From: an uncultured virus (IMG/VR IMGVR_UViG_3300031951_000030)
Taxonomy: Duplodnaviria; Heunggongvirae; Uroviricota; Caudoviricetes
Length of the DNA: 64,000 nucleotides
Reading direction: 5' to 3' (one strand)
Virus record (IMG/VR): IMGVR_UViG_3300031951_000030
Both the position numbers and the translations under genes were made by a program. This document shows positions 9,519-18,764 of the stretch, piece by piece. Each line of letters starts with the position of its first letter. Positions within the stretch are counted from its first letter, which is position 1. The notes below the pieces were generated by a model. It had not been told where the DNA came from. It was given only the letters and a program-made list of their open reading frames with translations, and made no database searches.

Positions 9519-10187
9519 TTAGTTTTTTATTAATTCTGAATGATTCAACTCTCGTAACTTATTTTCTAATGCCAATTTACGTTCTAACAATGCTTCAATT
9601 GCATCGTAAGCACCTTCAATATCAGTTTTTAAATCAGATTTTACTTTTTCAATGTCAATATCCCATTGCCATTTACTAAATGTACCATCTTCATTAACCA
9701 TTTCAATTTGTTGCGTTACACTATCCAACGCTTCTTCTAATTGTGATTTAGTATCTCTAACAAAATCCAATTTATTTAATGTTATTCTATAATCTTCATA
9801 AAAAGGCCAACTACCATCTTCTCGTAATGATTGTTCTATTTTCCTCATACAAGTTACACAATACCCAGTTCTAACAATTAATTTTTTATCTGCACTACTG
9901 TATTGTATTGTTCCACAATTTTCAGAAGAACAAGTTGTTATTTTTTTCAAATACTCTCTGGCATCATCTAATTTAGTGGCATTGATTTTGAAACCTTCTT
10001 TTTGTTCCCATTCGATACCATTTTCATCTACCCAAATTTCGCCAACTTCTCGTTTTGTTTCATCTGCCTTTTCATAACCAAACACATTTTGATTATCATC
10101 AGTTCTACCAAAAACCGTATCAATAATTAATTGACGGGATTTGTGTATGTGTTTATTTTTTTCGTCAAAACTTTTTCTTTTTGCCAT
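9519..10187 (-). CDS. hypothetical protein with a putative Zn-binding motif
   Basis: CSSENC...CVTC cysteine pairs and a C-terminal coiled coil. Confidence 0.65.
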   Translation of the reverse strand: MAKRKSFDEKNKHIHKSRQLIIDTVFGRTDDNQNVFGYEKADETKREVGEIWVDENGIEWEQKEGFKINATKLDDAREYLKKITTCSSENCGTIQYSSADKKLIVRTGYCVTCMRKIEQSLREDGSWPFYEDYRITLNKLDFVRDTKSQLEEALDSVTQQIEMVNEDGTFSKWQWDIDIEKVKSDLKTDIEGAYDAIEALLERKLALENKLRELNHSELIKN

Positions 10188-10232
10188 TTTTCTATATTGT
10201 TATAACCTATTTATTAATTATATATATTAAAA

Positions 10233-13200
10233 TTATTCGTAAAATATACCTAATATCTGATTTAGTGGTGCAAATGTGCCTGTAAGTTTGTATGTATTAC
10301 CCTTATACACAAACACTATACCTTCATTAGGAACTATCTTACCCTTACCACCAATACTAGCTAATCTACTTAATTCCATTTTTAATTTAGCTATTTTAGA
10401 TACATCACCACTACCTCTTACTTTTTCCGCAGTAGATTCCAATCTGTTTTTCATATCGGCAACTGCTGCATTTGGATTTGCAGTTAAAACTGAACTCATA
10501 AACGAAAGAACATCGGCACCAACTCCCAAAAATATCTCTTCAAATTGTCTAACATTTTCTTTTTGTTGCTTTACTACATTTACTTTATCATTATCCATTG
10601 CCCACTTTTGAGCTTCCTTATCTACAATTGCATTTAAACGGAATGATTTATCACCAAACGCCCATCTCTTTATTAATGCATCTCTTTCAAATTTCTCTAA
10701 TTTAACTTTTGATTTATCTATAAAATTAGACCACCATGCTTGATGATATTCGGAAACACCATCGTTGTTAGATAATTGAAATTCAGATTGTAATTTTTGT
10801 AATTTACTTAAATACTTACCTTGCTTTGAACTCAAATTTTCATTTTTAGGAAGTTGTGTAACAGGAGGTCCTTGTATAGTATATTTAGATTGAACATCCG
10901 CATTCACTTGCTTAATCATCCCTGCCAATTTAGTTGCTGCAGATTGGTCAGCAGAAACTGCTTTACCACTTTCATCATAACAAGTTGTGTTATGAAATAC
11001 CAATAAAGCCTGTCCGTAAGGAATAACATTTACAGAAGTTGGCCATATTACTTCCAAATTCATAAAACAATGTCCTTCATTAAATATTTTCTTTCGTTGT
11101 GGTTCCGAAAGAGATTGGATTGCCGCTGATAAATCTTTCATTGCAAAATTATATGCATCGGTTAATCCACCTCTACCACTAAATTTAGATGCAACATCTT
11201 CAATTCCCATTGCGTTTGCTCCACCATTTGCCAAATGTCCTTTGTTTCTTGCTGCAATCAATCTACCATTCTTCCAGCTAATTGCTAATGCCTGTCCATC
11301 GGTTTTTTCTCTTGTCAATTCTAACTCACCAGTCAATGCTCCTGTGATTATATTTTTTAAATCACCAAAAGTTAAATCCATATCATCAAATGGGTGAGAC
11401 ATGTGACCGTATGCACCACCTTCAGTTAAAATCGTTTCATTTGTCTTTTTTTTTAAGTTTCTTTTTTGAAGAACTAATTTATTTAATTCTGAAAATAAAT
11501 CAGCAATATCTTTATCCAATTTTTTTTCATCAGCTGACATTGGGGATTCAATATCTACATTGGAATAAAGTTTTTTCTTTTTAGCAATTAAAGCATCTAC
11601 TTTTTTAAGTAAATCATTCTTTGCCGTATCTAAATCTTTTATTATATCTTCCGTTGATGATTCGTTTAGCTTAACCCCCGCATAATCTAATCTATATTCA
11701 TAATACGCCTTTTTAATATCAGCAGGAATCTTTGAATTTTTAGTGAATATTTGGTCTACCATCTTACGAGTATCATTTGATGATAGATTCCATTTTAACT
11801 TATTTTTATCTAATGTAAAGAAAGTATTTAAAGTAAAATCTATCTTACTCAACATTGGTTTCAAAATTTCATTTTCAAAAAATGAATCGTATTCCTTTCG
11901 CTGCTCTCTCTCTAAATAATTAAGAGCGAAGTTCCCATCATACAAATACGCTTTTAATGCTTTTCCAACCATCACCAACACATACTTTTTATCGTTAGGA
12001 CCTAAATACTTTTCATCGGAATTACCAATCACATATGTGTACTGATTACCTACCAAGTCCTTTAATTTTACTTCGTTTAATTTACCGGTATCCGTTTTAA
12101 AGAATGGACCTCTTCTTACACTTCTAAAATCTAAACTCATTTCGTTTCCAAAAATCTCTTTCGGTGCAAGTACTTTTACTCTAATAGTTCCATTTTTGTT
12201 ATCTACACCTATTGTTTCAAAATCAATTTCGGAGTATTTTTTACCTTTAAATCCTAAATTTTTACCAGTAATAAACTTATGAACTTTACCACTACTAACT
12301 GCCTGTGCTTCACTTACAGGTTCATATCCATTATCTTCGGTATCTTTTATATTGGGTTGATGTCCTGGCTGTCTTTTTCTATTATCATCAAAATCTACAG
12401 TATCTAATTCAGCTGATTGCCCAATATCGTTCTTGTGATTGTTTGTAAAATCTTTTACGGCTTGAGATATAGATTCACCACGTGGTATTCTAAATGTTGT
12501 TGCCTTCTTACCATTGATTGTAGGCATTCCGTGGTCATCAGTTCCAATATCTTTAACTGTAACTTTTTTATTTTTAAACTTACCCATCAAAACTTCATCA
12601 CCCTTATCAACATCTACATTAATGTCTTCTTTGACAAAATCAGTTTCAACATATTCTACACTTGGTAAGTTTTTTATAGTATATTTTATAGTTCTTTCTT
12701 CCGCATCATCATCACCAAATATAGCATCTGCTTTTGGAAAATCGGTTTGAGTGTATCCACCATTCGCATACCAGGATTCAGGTCTATCGGAATCTAATTT
12801 TCTTTTTTTACCTTTTTTAATAAATGAACCATCTGGAACATCTGCGGTATTTGCAGTTCCAACATTACTAACCTCTGTGTAAATTTGTTTGTTGATTCTA
12901 CCATATTCTCTCATAAGAATACCTGCTACGGCATGTGCTTGGTTTTCAACTGGCGAACCATCTGCCCCATCTTTAACTTCGTTTCGTATAAACCCCAACT
13001 CATCTTGTTTTCTATGAACCATTTCATGTGCAAGTGTTCTCAATATATCCGCAGTTAATCTACCTTCAGTTGCAACATATATTGATTTACTAATCGGGTC
13101 ATATCCACCCAACGATGTTTTGGCTTCTGCAAATTTTCTACCACCAACTAAAGTTATTTTTGGAGTTTCTTTTAATTTTAATCGTTTAGTTGCAAACTCT

Positions 13201-15428
13201 ACAAAATTTTGAATAGATTGTTGTTTTGTTTCTGAAAGATTTTCTTTCATCAAATCCGAAGCATTAGCCATAGATTGATTTTTAGTTCCTTCTTTTTTAT
13301 ATCTAGCAATCGTTTGTATTAATTGTTCATCGGATAGTTTATAGTTTTGCATTATTTCTAATGTTTTTTCTATAAAGTTTGGTACAAATTTTTTCGTATC
13401 AAATCCTTCTTCTCCCTTTTTATTTTCAAATATACCAGCTACTCCCAATGCAATACCACCTGCAGAAGCTTGTGCCGCATTAGCACCTAAAGCTTCAAAC
13501 GCAGAGTGTTTTATTATGTCTTTAACTATGTAAGACCCCAAATGACCTCCACCAAATTTAGCTGCTATTTTTGCTCCGGCTGCTTGTGCAATACCACTAG
13601 CACTAGCACCTTTTGATGCTGCAGATATGCCACCCATTAAACCACCTGTCGTTGCAATTGAACCCATTATTATTGCGGAAGTTTTTACAAAATTTCCAAG
13701 ACCCTTTTTTTGTTTTTGACTTTCATTCCAAGACTTTTCTGCTAATTCCCGTTGTTCTGGAGTTAAATCTTTTCTATATACAGGTTCTTTTTTTGTTTTT
13801 GGTTTTCCTAATATAGTTTTAGCCTGTATAGGATTACCATTTTCATCTTTAATCGGATGTCCATGCTTATCTTCTTTGTAAACAGGAACATCTTTCATTT
13901 TAGGTTTTACTTTTCCTTGAAAATCTAGTTTACGAGTTGTTGAATCTGGTTCTGTAAAATCATCCCAATGTTTAGTTTTACCTTCTGAATCTTTAACAGC
14001 CCCAAATCTTCCAGTAGTTGCCAATGATTTTATAGCACTAGCAGTTCCCACCAGCATTTCTTTGTTATGCTTGAATGTATGCATAATACCATGCCCTACA
14101 TACGATGCTGCTTTTTTTAGTATATTCATAGCCCCTTTTCTTTCTTCAGATTGTGGGTTATTTGCTTTATCAATTGATTCGTTATCTCCTTTTGATAAAC
14201 CTTTTCTGGCATCAGTTACTTGTTGACTTGTTTCCGCATCTTTCTTTTCTTTATCAGATTTTTCAGCAGACGCTTTTAATTCAGAACCACTTAATTTTTG
14301 AGGTGATGTAGGCGGTGGCGGAGGTGGTGGTGGTGGCGGTTTTGGGACACCTTGTTTTTGTTTCGTTGCATCCACCTTACCTTGTGCAGTAGCTCCCTTA
14401 TTTACAGGTTGTCCAGGTTGTGATGGTTTTGGTTGATTTGCAGGTGCATCCGATGGTCCCTGTGCCATTCCTTTTTTCTTAACTGCATCAGCTTCAGCAG
14501 GAGTTAGGGTTCTGATTTTACCATCTTCAGATTTATGACTCGCAGGTTGTCCTTCTTTACCATAGTATCCACCACCCAAATGTTTCAATCCCATTTTTTC
14601 GGCTTCGGATTCTTCTTTGAAATATGTTCTGGTAAATTCTTCGAACATTTCTTCCATTGCAACTCTACCAATTATTTCTGCAATTGGATTATATAATTCG
14701 TCCGTTGGATGTTCAATTTGATGTCGAGTAGGATGTGGTTCGGGTCTCATTTCATACGATGGCTTCGTATTATTAGTCTCATCTACTGAACCCGTTGGTG
14801 CTCCATTAATATATCCTCCTGGAAGATTTAATCCAGTTCCTATACCGCCTGGAAACCCATTTTCATTTAATTTACCTGTTATCATACCGAATACCTCTTT
14901 ATCAAATTTTGGATATGCTTTTAAAAATCCCTTTTTCTTTTCATCATCACTTCCCTTACCTAACCAATTACGAACATCTGTTCCACTAATTGGGTTTGGT
15001 TCGGCGGGAACGGCATATACATATCCAATTTCATCGTATCCGTATCCAGCTTTTTCGTTATATGGTTTAAAGTATTTACCCGCTAATCTATCTGCATCCT
15101 TTTCTCCAACTGCTGCTACATACGCAGTAGTTTTACCATCAAATTGAGATAATATTTCTTTTGGAGCATACGGATTACGAACTTGAACTATCTTATCTTC
15201 CGGTATTCCAAACATTGTAGTAATTATTTTCACCTTCTCATTAAAATTAAAAGGAGATTTAGGACCTGATGTATCATTGGATGTTCCAATATATACATTT
15301 GATTTTCCAAATTTTTGAGCAAGCTTTAAATAAGAAACATAATGTCCCTTATGGAATGGTTGAAAACGACCTGAATATACTACTATGGTCCTTTTTACTA
15401 TCGGTTTATCTTTTTCGTTCAAATTCAT
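10233..15428 (-). CDS. 1731-aa multidomain polyprotein: HxGH nucleotidyltransferase + Pro-rich/hydrophobic region + HExxH motif + C-terminal ATP-dependent ligase-fold (DUF6267-like) domain
   Basis: GRFQPFHKGH (HKGH at 15353-15342) and ISGTDVR; AHEMVH (HEMVH at 13028-13014); EKTDG (11309-11295); EGIVF...YKLTG (EGIV at 10325-10314). Confidence 0.8.
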   Translation of the reverse strand: MNLNEKDKPIVKRTIVVYSGRFQPFHKGHYVSYLKLAQKFGKSNVYIGTSNDTSGPKSPFNFNEKVKIITTMFGIPEDKIVQVRNPYAPKEILSQFDGKTTAYVAAVGEKDADRLAGKYFKPYNEKAGYGYDEIGYVYAVPAEPNPISGTDVRNWLGKGSDDEKKKGFLKAYPKFDKEVFGMITGKLNENGFPGGIGTGLNLPGGYINGAPTGSVDETNNTKPSYEMRPEPHPTRHQIEHPTDELYNPIAEIIGRVAMEEMFEEFTRTYFKEESEAEKMGLKHLGGGYYGKEGQPASHKSEDGKIRTLTPAEADAVKKKGMAQGPSDAPANQPKPSQPGQPVNKGATAQGKVDATKQKQGVPKPPPPPPPPPPTSPQKLSGSELKASAEKSDKEKKDAETSQQVTDARKGLSKGDNESIDKANNPQSEERKGAMNILKKAASYVGHGIMHTFKHNKEMLVGTASAIKSLATTGRFGAVKDSEGKTKHWDDFTEPDSTTRKLDFQGKVKPKMKDVPVYKEDKHGHPIKDENGNPIQAKTILGKPKTKKEPVYRKDLTPEQRELAEKSWNESQKQKKGLGNFVKTSAIIMGSIATTGGLMGGISAASKGASASGIAQAAGAKIAAKFGGGHLGSYIVKDIIKHSAFEALGANAAQASAGGIALGVAGIFENKKGEEGFDTKKFVPNFIEKTLEIMQNYKLSDEQLIQTIARYKKEGTKNQSMANASDLMKENLSETKQQSIQNFVEFATKRLKLKETPKITLVGGRKFAEAKTSLGGYDPISKSIYVATEGRLTADILRTLAHEMVHRKQDELGFIRNEVKDGADGSPVENQAHAVAGILMREYGRINKQIYTEVSNVGTANTADVPDGSFIKKGKKRKLDSDRPESWYANGGYTQTDFPKADAIFGDDDAEERTIKYTIKNLPSVEYVETDFVKEDINVDVDKGDEVLMGKFKNKKVTVKDIGTDDHGMPTINGKKATTFRIPRGESISQAVKDFTNNHKNDIGQSAELDTVDFDDNRKRQPGHQPNIKDTEDNGYEPVSEAQAVSSGKVHKFITGKNLGFKGKKYSEIDFETIGVDNKNGTIRVKVLAPKEIFGNEMSLDFRSVRRGPFFKTDTGKLNEVKLKDLVGNQYTYVIGNSDEKYLGPNDKKYVLVMVGKALKAYLYDGNFALNYLEREQRKEYDSFFENEILKPMLSKIDFTLNTFFTLDKNKLKWNLSSNDTRKMVDQIFTKNSKIPADIKKAYYEYRLDYAGVKLNESSTEDIIKDLDTAKNDLLKKVDALIAKKKKLYSNVDIESPMSADEKKLDKDIADLFSELNKLVLQKRNLKKKTNETILTEGGAYGHMSHPFDDMDLTFGDLKNIITGALTGELELTREKTDGQALAISWKNGRLIAARNKGHLANGGANAMGIEDVASKFSGRGGLTDAYNFAMKDLSAAIQSLSEPQRKKIFNEGHCFMNLEVIWPTSVNVIPYGQALLVFHNTTCYDESGKAVSADQSAATKLAGMIKQVNADVQSKYTIQGPPVTQLPKNENLSSKQGKYLSKLQKLQSEFQLSNNDGVSEYHQAWWSNFIDKSKVKLEKFERDALIKRWAFGDKSFRLNAIVDKEAQKWAMDNDKVNVVKQQKENVRQFEEIFLGVGADVLSFMSSVLTANPNAAVADMKNRLESTAEKVRGSGDVSKIAKLKMELSRLASIGGKGKIVPNEGIVFVYKGNTYKLTGTFAPLNQILGIFYE

Positions 15429-15431
15429 ACA

Positions 15432-15440
15432 TATAAATAT
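15432..15440 (-). promoter_or_regulatory. ATATTTATA upstream motif
   Basis: Exact copy filling most of the 14-nt intergenic gap, ending 3 nt before the ATG at 15428. Confidence 0.55.
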
Positions 15441-15442
15441 AA

Positions 15443-16885
15443 TTAAATGAGAGTCTTATTAAAAGATAGTAAAAATTTTAATACTAATTGCATTTCGGCA
15501 TTGTTTTTTATATCTCCAAATGAAGCTTTACCATATTTTAAAAACAAACTTTGATTATAAATACATATTTCTTTTACATTGTTTAAAAACTCATCTTTTT
15601 CTTCTTTTGTTTTATTTGAAAATTTAGTAATTTCTTGCTGAATCAATCGTAGTCTAGAAAAATCATCACACTCCATATCATAACTCTCATCAATATAAGG
15701 ATGAAATGTTTTAAATCCAAATCTATTTTGTAAGTATTCTAATGATTTTGCAGGTCCTGCTAATATAAATGGTTGACAATGCCCAATTGGTTTCCATATT
15801 TTTTCTGAAAGATATCCTGTTGGGAAATTTACAAATATATCATCAACTCCTTTTGATTGGAAAAATACCGATTCGGTTACAATGCTTACATACGAGTTTA
15901 GATAGATATTTTTATCTTCAAACCCAAACCCCGCTATTTTAGTTAAATCATTTATATCCAATACAGAAGATGTTTCTTCGATTAATTTACCAAATTCTTC
16001 ATTTCTGTCATGCACATACATTTCTTCCACTGCATTTTTTGAATAAAATCTTTTATCCCAAGATACTAAACTTTTATCCAATCCTAATTTATGCAAATGA
16101 CTCAATAATAATAATCTATGTAATTTCCAATGTCTCGACAACAATAAAAAATCTTTTTTATCTTTTCCAATACTTTCTTCAAATTCTTCACAAGTTGCAA
16201 CGGTAGATATGCCAGATTTAATAGCTCCTACCTGTGGTTCGTTTGAGTTCTCACCCCAATAACGAAAATCTGGATTATTTATTATATTATTAAATTCTTG
16301 AGATTTGGCAACCATATTTAATGCATAATCGGCTACATTGTATTTCAATCCTAGCTTTTTAAGATTATTTTTTAATTTAAAATCTGCAAATAAAAAATAA
16401 ACTTTTTCTTCAGGTATTTCTTTATCACGAATATTTTTAATTAATCTTTCAAAGTTTTCTATTGTAACACCTTCACCACCATCTATTGTATAATGAAAAA
16501 ATAATTTACCATTACCATTTTTTATTTCATCAATTGCTACTTTTGACATGAAATTTAGGGCAAATTCATGTATTGGGTGATTTCCAAAAAATTGATTTAA
16601 ATTGCCAAATGGCTCTACAATGTAAAACCAATCATAATTAATACCGTTTCTTCTATCTTCTTTTATTTGATAAATTGATTTTTTTTCAACACATCTTTCA
16701 AAATAATTACTATTGTATACTGCCCAATCACAATTCCATCTTTTAGAAAAAAAGGCACCTGAATTTGAAAAGTCAAAATCAGATGCGTTATGTATTGTAT
16801 TTATATATTTTGGATTCATACAATTAGGCAATTCACCATTGTATGTTATTATATCATACCCAAATATTAATTTTTTATCGCTCAT
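15443..16885 (-). CDS. putative glycosyltransferase, GT10-like C-terminal motif (paralog 1)
   Basis: VSIVTES...YLSEKIWKPIGHCQPFILAG...GFKTF..YIDESYD, resembling the fucosyltransferase (GT10) E-N/S...Y-x-T/S-E-K...P motif. Confidence 0.55.
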   Translation of the reverse strand: MSDKKLIFGYDIITYNGELPNCMNPKYINTIHNASDFDFSNSGAFFSKRWNCDWAVYNSNYFERCVEKKSIYQIKEDRRNGINYDWFYIVEPFGNLNQFFGNHPIHEFALNFMSKVAIDEIKNGNGKLFFHYTIDGGEGVTIENFERLIKNIRDKEIPEEKVYFLFADFKLKNNLKKLGLKYNVADYALNMVAKSQEFNNIINNPDFRYWGENSNEPQVGAIKSGISTVATCEEFEESIGKDKKDFLLLSRHWKLHRLLLLSHLHKLGLDKSLVSWDKRFYSKNAVEEMYVHDRNEEFGKLIEETSSVLDINDLTKIAGFGFEDKNIYLNSYVSIVTESVFFQSKGVDDIFVNFPTGYLSEKIWKPIGHCQPFILAGPAKSLEYLQNRFGFKTFHPYIDESYDMECDDFSRLRLIQQEITKFSNKTKEEKDEFLNNVKEICIYNQSLFLKYGKASFGDIKNNAEMQLVLKFLLSFNKTLI

Positions 16886-16961
16886 TGATTTACATATAAA
16901 TTATAACTATATTATGATTTTATATCACTTTTCTAAATATGGTGCATATAATTCCCATATC

Positions 16962-17087
16962 TTAAAATGATTTGTAAACAAATGGGTCTCTTTTTTTAAG
17001 TTCTTCTAATTTTTTCTTAATTTTTTTCTTTGTTTGGTATGCCTGATACCATTTTACAAAGAATGAAATGATAGGTAAATTTTTCAT
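16962..17087 (-). CDS. 41-aa basic small protein (MKNLPIISFFVKWYQAYQTKKKIKKKLEELKKRDPFVYKSF)
   Basis: Manual translation (ATG 17087, TAA 16964-16962). It fills the gap, and I recognise the KKLEELxKRDPFxY tail from large-phage small proteins. Below the ORF-track length cutoff. Confidence 0.75.
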   Translation of the reverse strand: MKNLPIISFFVKWYQAYQTKKKIKKKLEELKKRDPFVYKSF

Positions 17088-17092
17088 ATTAG

Positions 17093-17635
17093 TTAGTTTT
17101 CGTAGTATAATGCAGGCCATTCAACAATAATATGAACCCCTCCTTCATTATACGCATTTGTGTATATCTTATAAATATCGTTTGGATTTTTTAATTCCCA
17201 AATTTTTGTAAATTGTAATATAGATTTGAATTCTTGTGTATAATCGTTTCTATGTTGAATGCCTGGGTCTAATGGATTGGTGCTTCCTACACCTACTCTA
17301 ATTATAATATTTGCATTTTTACCAGTCATGTTTTCAAACTTATCAGCATGATTTATTAACTGATTTGCCGCAGATACTAAAAAATCCCATCGTGGATAGA
17401 ATGATATAACGGTTTTTCCTGTAATTGCCAATCCTAAACTGATTCCCATTTGAGTTTCTTCCATAACAGGTAGCTCAATCATTTTTTCTTTTGGTACTTC
17501 CGTTAAGGTTGTACTCATTGGATTTCCAGCATAAACTATTTGTTGTCCAATGAAGATTGTATCTTCTTTTTGGGCAAGAAATGTCATTGCTTTGGATAAT
17601 TCATCTTTATACGGAGATGTTTGTGGAGTACTCAT
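17093..17635 (-). CDS. TPP-dependent enzyme, E1-beta/transketolase pyrimidine-binding subunit (truncated)
   Basis: IELPVMEETQMGISLGLAITG, FLVSAANQLINHADK, IIIRV and GIQH. Confidence 0.85.
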   Translation of the reverse strand: MSTPQTSPYKDELSKAMTFLAQKEDTIFIGQQIVYAGNPMSTTLTEVPKEKMIELPVMEETQMGISLGLAITGKTVISFYPRWDFLVSAANQLINHADKFENMTGKNANIIIRVGVGSTNPLDPGIQHRNDYTQEFKSILQFTKIWELKNPNDIYKIYTNAYNEGGVHIIVEWPALYYEN

Positions 17636-17636
17636 A

Positions 17637-18764
17637 TTATTTGTTTAAATGATTAAAATTATGACCTATGCAAATCTTATCGTTTACAAGGGTATGATTA
17701 TTTATTTTATTTAGTTCTTCTAAAAATTCAGGAAACAATTCATGCTCTTCATTAAATACCTGTAATTCTTTTAATGTATCCGAATCATAGGTTCCCCAAT
17801 CTACTAATTGTCTATAATTTATGTCCAAATGAAATGTTGAATCTTTAAATATATTGGTTACTAATTCATAAAACGCAAACATTTCTTTGTAATTGTGTTT
17901 ACTCACAACCATAGAAACAATAAACCATCCTATTGTATCAACAGTTGATAAAAACTTTAGATTTTTAATTAACCTATCCCAATTACCATTTAATCTCGTT
18001 TTATTTTCATAGGTATCTTTTGTAGCAGCATCTATACTAACTTCAATTGTTTTGATGTAAGGACTTGCTTTCATTTGATTCCACAATTTTTCATCTAATA
18101 AATTACCATTTGTAATTATTTGCAATTGTTCTAAATTAGGATATTTAGATATGTCAAAATTTATTAAATAATCTCTATAAATTTTTGAATAAAATGGGTC
18201 TCCACTACCTGTTATCATAATTCTTTTTAGATTACTCGCAAAGTTATCTTCTATAGATTTTAGTAAATGTAGTTTTGCGTTATGTTGTGGTGATTCTAAA
18301 TTATCATTTGGAATTAGAGATATTCTACAAGATGGGCATTTTAAATTGCAACTTCTATCAAACCCAAATAAAATTTCTTCTGGTGAAGTTTTAAAATTTA
18401 CAATATCTTCTTCTGTGTGGATATTGTATACTTCTCTAAATTCTTCAATTTTCCTAAAAAAATATGGGGTTCTATCAGTATTTATTAGTTCATTTAATCT
18501 TGGACATATCGTATGGTCGCAATATTTATAGCTACCGTCTAAAACGGATTTACGAATATTTTGTGCCCGTACTGATGTCCAATTTCTCATTACATCATCG
18601 GTTTCATCTACTGGAAACCAATTTTCATTTCCATTAGAATCTACTCTGATATTGTGTGGTGCCCAAGATGGGCAACACACAAATTGAGATACAGTTTGTA
18701 CATCGGAATACATAAATGGCATTTCACAAACGTATTTTTTAAGTATCTCTTTTTTATCATTCAT
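17637..18764 (-). CDS. radical SAM enzyme with an N-terminal Twitch/SPASM-like Cys cluster
   Basis: CNLKCPSC (CxxxCxxC), ITGSGDPF, TNG and VSIDA; N-terminal CEMPF...CC...C..IC. Confidence 0.88.
   Translation of the reverse strand: MNDKKEILKKYVCEMPFMYSDVQTVSQFVCCPSWAPHNIRVDSNGNENWFPVDETDDVMRNWTSVRAQNIRKSVLDGSYKYCDHTICPRLNELINTDRTPYFFRKIEEFREVYNIHTEEDIVNFKTSPEEILFGFDRSCNLKCPSCRISLIPNDNLESPQHNAKLHLLKSIEDNFASNLKRIMITGSGDPFYSKIYRDYLINFDISKYPNLEQLQIITNGNLLDEKLWNQMKASPYIKTIEVSIDAATKDTYENKTRLNGNWDRLIKNLKFLSTVDTIGWFIVSMVVSKHNYKEMFAFYELVTNIFKDSTFHLDINYRQLVDWGTYDSDTLKELQVFNEEHELFPEFLEELNKINNHTLVNDKICIGHNFNHLNK

Noticed and set aside
14305..14345. GC-rich GGT/GGC tract as a regulatory or repeat element
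   Set aside because: It encodes the poly-proline linker of the 1731-aa protein with mixed codons.
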